Source of the DNA: an uncultured Prevotellaceae bacterium
Lineage (GTDB): Bacteria; Bacteroidota; Bacteroidia; Bacteroidales; Bacteroidaceae
Direction: 5' to 3'
Assembly (NCBI GenBank): GCA_946413885.1
Contig: CAMKMK010000001.1
Coordinates: 1-47,536 of the forward strand
DNA length: 47,536 bases
Part shown: piece by piece, positions 47,001 to 47,536 of the stretch
How the letters are laid out: each line of letters starts with the position of its first letter
How positions within the stretch are numbered: the stretch's first letter is position 1
The notes under the pieces: generated by a model
Told to the model about the DNA's origin: nothing
The model's database searches: none
What the model saw: the letters and a program-made list of their open reading frames with translations, nothing else
Program-made: the position numbers and the translations under genes

Positions 47001-47536
47001 TGACCAGACTCAACGGTTGGGCACTTGCACGTTTATGGTAACCTCAAGCATGCCTCATGGCATGAAGGTCATTGCGCATCGCGGATACTGGAACAAGGCT
47101 GGTGCCGCCCAGAACAGCCGCGCGTCTCTGCAGTATGCCTTCGATGTACAATGCTATGGTTCAGAGACAGACGTCTGGATCACGCAGGACGGCCATGTGA
47201 TGGCAAATCATGATGCAACCTTCAATGGTGTCAGTATCCAGAACTCAACCTATGATACTTGCAAGAATCTCACGCTCAGCAATGGCGAGAAGATGCCTGA
47301 ATTGAAAGACTTCCTGGAAATGCTCGCTAAGGAAGACTCCTGCAAGCTCATCATTGAAATCAAGACTCATAGCGATGAGACGCGTGGTAAGATTTGCTGC
47401 GACAGTTGCGTTACTCAGGTTCATCGCATGGGACTTCAGGATAAGGTGGAATACATCGCCTTCAATCTCAACCTATGCCGCGAAATTGTCAGACTGGATC
47501 CTGATGCCCACGTTGCTTACCTGAATGGCGACAAAG
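44026..47536 (+). CDS. Partial (3'-truncated by the window edge) large secreted protein: signal peptide, small N-domain, then 2 x [LamG-like lectin, Ig-like, glycerophosphodiester phosphodiesterase]
   Basis: This ORF is not on the supplied track. Hand translation of the frame with positions = 1 mod 3 shows no stop from 44018 to 47536. Possible starts are ATG 44014 (ATGA overlap with the upstream stop) or ATG 44026 (MKNSFISKGSLLLKALVLCGVITTAQA). GDPD motifs are IAHRGYW...QNS...GSETDVWITQDGHVMANHD. The LamG pattern is YIYVNGEL...W.GDV..ARIYD..L. Confidence 0.88.
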   Translation, partial: MKNSFISKGSLLLKALVLCGVITTAQADDNLYVYKNGVIMFREKAVKVDSVAMEEGKSIVTLYDAAKKVLYTAPRSQVDSISFTTDVPQADMLDVRFNADGTATDISPMQMKVQKIGNTQTVYYNETYKRYAANFVNPWAGNASGYYKVDWENNTKFKNMLANGHTLECIMMANYTPPIANVEAKWFSSHQAGGTGFLISTISGSRQNEITFLPNVSTSGSSTWRWATSGVVPQPGVYYHLVGVWNKALKKAYIYVNGELKNTVEASGNFVLPQSGSGWFGIGCDPSGSNGNTAWNGDVVMARIYDSPLNAEQVSKLWNQVRILEENAPKPMVSNVTLSSGYPVAPGTNFKIGATGFQEGDQIVLQQVNSSYSITLPLEKVTETGGTIIIPEELTSDQYSIILKRGDQTQRLGTCTFMVTSSMPHGMKVIAHRGYWNKAGAAQNSRASLQYAFDVQCYGSETDVWITQDGHVMANHDATFNGVSIQNSTYETCKNLTLSNGEKMPELKDFLEMLVKEDSCKLIIEIKTHSDEARGKICCDSCITQVHRMGLQDKVEYIAFSLNLCREIVRLDPNAHVAYLNGDKDPQTLYDYGIMGLDYTANNYRRNPSWIPKARELGMTTNVWTIDSKDEMIEMSNLDIDYITTNNPETAKEVYAYYQANSHHENGENDEDKPIADLLDVCFNSDGTAIDLSPMKMKIEKCGNAQNVYYNEIFKCYAANFTTPWSSKPSDYYKINFEDNKAFRDALADGHSLEVLAMPDYEGNLPDVEAKPFSAMQAGGTGFLINRLSNGPQNSFTFLPNVSTTGSSTWRWTTSNVFPQSGFYYHVIGVYNKEEAKSYIYVNGELCNTVDSPGDFRFANAGCNWFCVGGDASANGAEAGWRGDVIIARVYDKPLTEEEVKKLWKPVRILEENAPKPMVSNVTLSSGYPVAPGTNFKIGATGFQEGDQIVLQQVNSSNSITLPLENVTETGGTITIPEELTSNQYVIILKRGDQTQRLGTCTFMVTSSMPHGMKVIAHRGYWNKAGAAQNSRASLQYAFDVQCYGSETDVWITQDGHVMANHDATFNGVSIQNSTYDTCKNLTLSNGEKMPELKDFLEMLAKEDSCKLIIEIKTHSDETRGKICCDSCVTQVHRMGLQDKVEYIAFNLNLCREIVRLDPDAHVAYLNGDK
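44986..45778 (+). repeat. Copy 1 of a 793-nt near-identical intragenic direct repeat (Ig-like plus N-terminal two-thirds of GDPD)
   Basis: It aligns without gaps to 46744-47536 at an offset of exactly 1758 nt (586 codons). I hand-counted about 43 mismatches, mostly at third codon positions. Confidence 0.9.
46744..47536 (+). repeat. Copy 2 of the 793-nt near-identical intragenic direct repeat (runs to the window edge)
   Basis: Same alignment as for 44986-45778. The similarity may continue beyond the window. Confidence 0.9.

Noticed and set aside
44077-47013. Minus-strand ORFs 44077-44745, 44770-45393, 46695-46973 and 46732-47013, and the short off-frame plus ORFs
   Set aside because: All are shadows of the unlisted plus-strand frame that is open across the entire region and encodes recognisable LamG and GDPD domains.
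44986-47536. Diversity-generating retroelement (template/variable repeat pair) as an explanation for the two near-identical 793-nt segments
   Set aside because: There is no reverse transcriptase gene in the window. The mismatches are mainly synonymous third-position transitions of all base types rather than adenine-specific substitutions. The repeats are far longer than typical TR/VR pairs.

Overview
This 47.5-kb window is a chromosomal segment that looks Bacteroidota, Prevotella/Segatella-like. I infer the taxon from the nqrFEDCBA operon, T9SS-type C-terminal sorting tails, DUF1573/DUF4468-like proteins and TAnnTTTG promoter boxes.

Most of the window is ordinary core genome:
- nqr operon, minus strand (1087-6969)
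- TamB-like giant envelope protein (7172-11557)
- ribE
- four-gene TolC/adaptor/ABC-ATPase/FtsX-permease efflux operon (12445-17069)
- DUF4468 protein, small membrane protein and a putative 750-aa porin
- a membrane protein and a Gfo/Idh/MocA oxidoreductase
- 1400-aa T9SS-sorted surface protein (22480-26682, minus)
- a long co-directional plus-strand block of ruvC, ModF-like ABC, hisH-A-F-IE, ftsE-like, lysC, lysA, GT2, DedA, OMP and MFS (28405-40712)
- an MBL hydrolase
- a GHMP sugar kinase plus nucleotidyltransferase pair
- a tiny T9SS-tailed protein

I see no cas genes, integrase, transposase, reverse transcriptase, toxin-antitoxin or recognisable defence genes, so I cannot point to a clear novel system.

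Four things are not explained by the ORF track:
1. A plus-strand reading frame of more than 1170 codons runs from about 44014/44026 off the right edge of the window. It is absent from the supplied ORF list. It encodes a tandemly duplicated LamG / Ig-like / glycerophosphodiesterase module, and one part of it is about 95% identical between copies at an exact 1758-nt offset.
2. A dispersed intergenic repeat family is built from a quasi-palindromic AAC(GT/AC)GTT core phased at exactly 22 bp. There are 4, 6 and 4 units at three loci, plus singletons.
3. Long palindromic elements have arms made of tandem 8-9-mers of RTGG(G/C)AC type flanking perfect AT-only hairpins. 9-bp tandem arrays are associated with them.
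4. A translationally coupled GT2-DedA-beta-barrel OMP-MFS cassette could be a synthase-type envelope glycoconjugate module.

All functional calls rest on my recognition of protein motifs. No database search was run.
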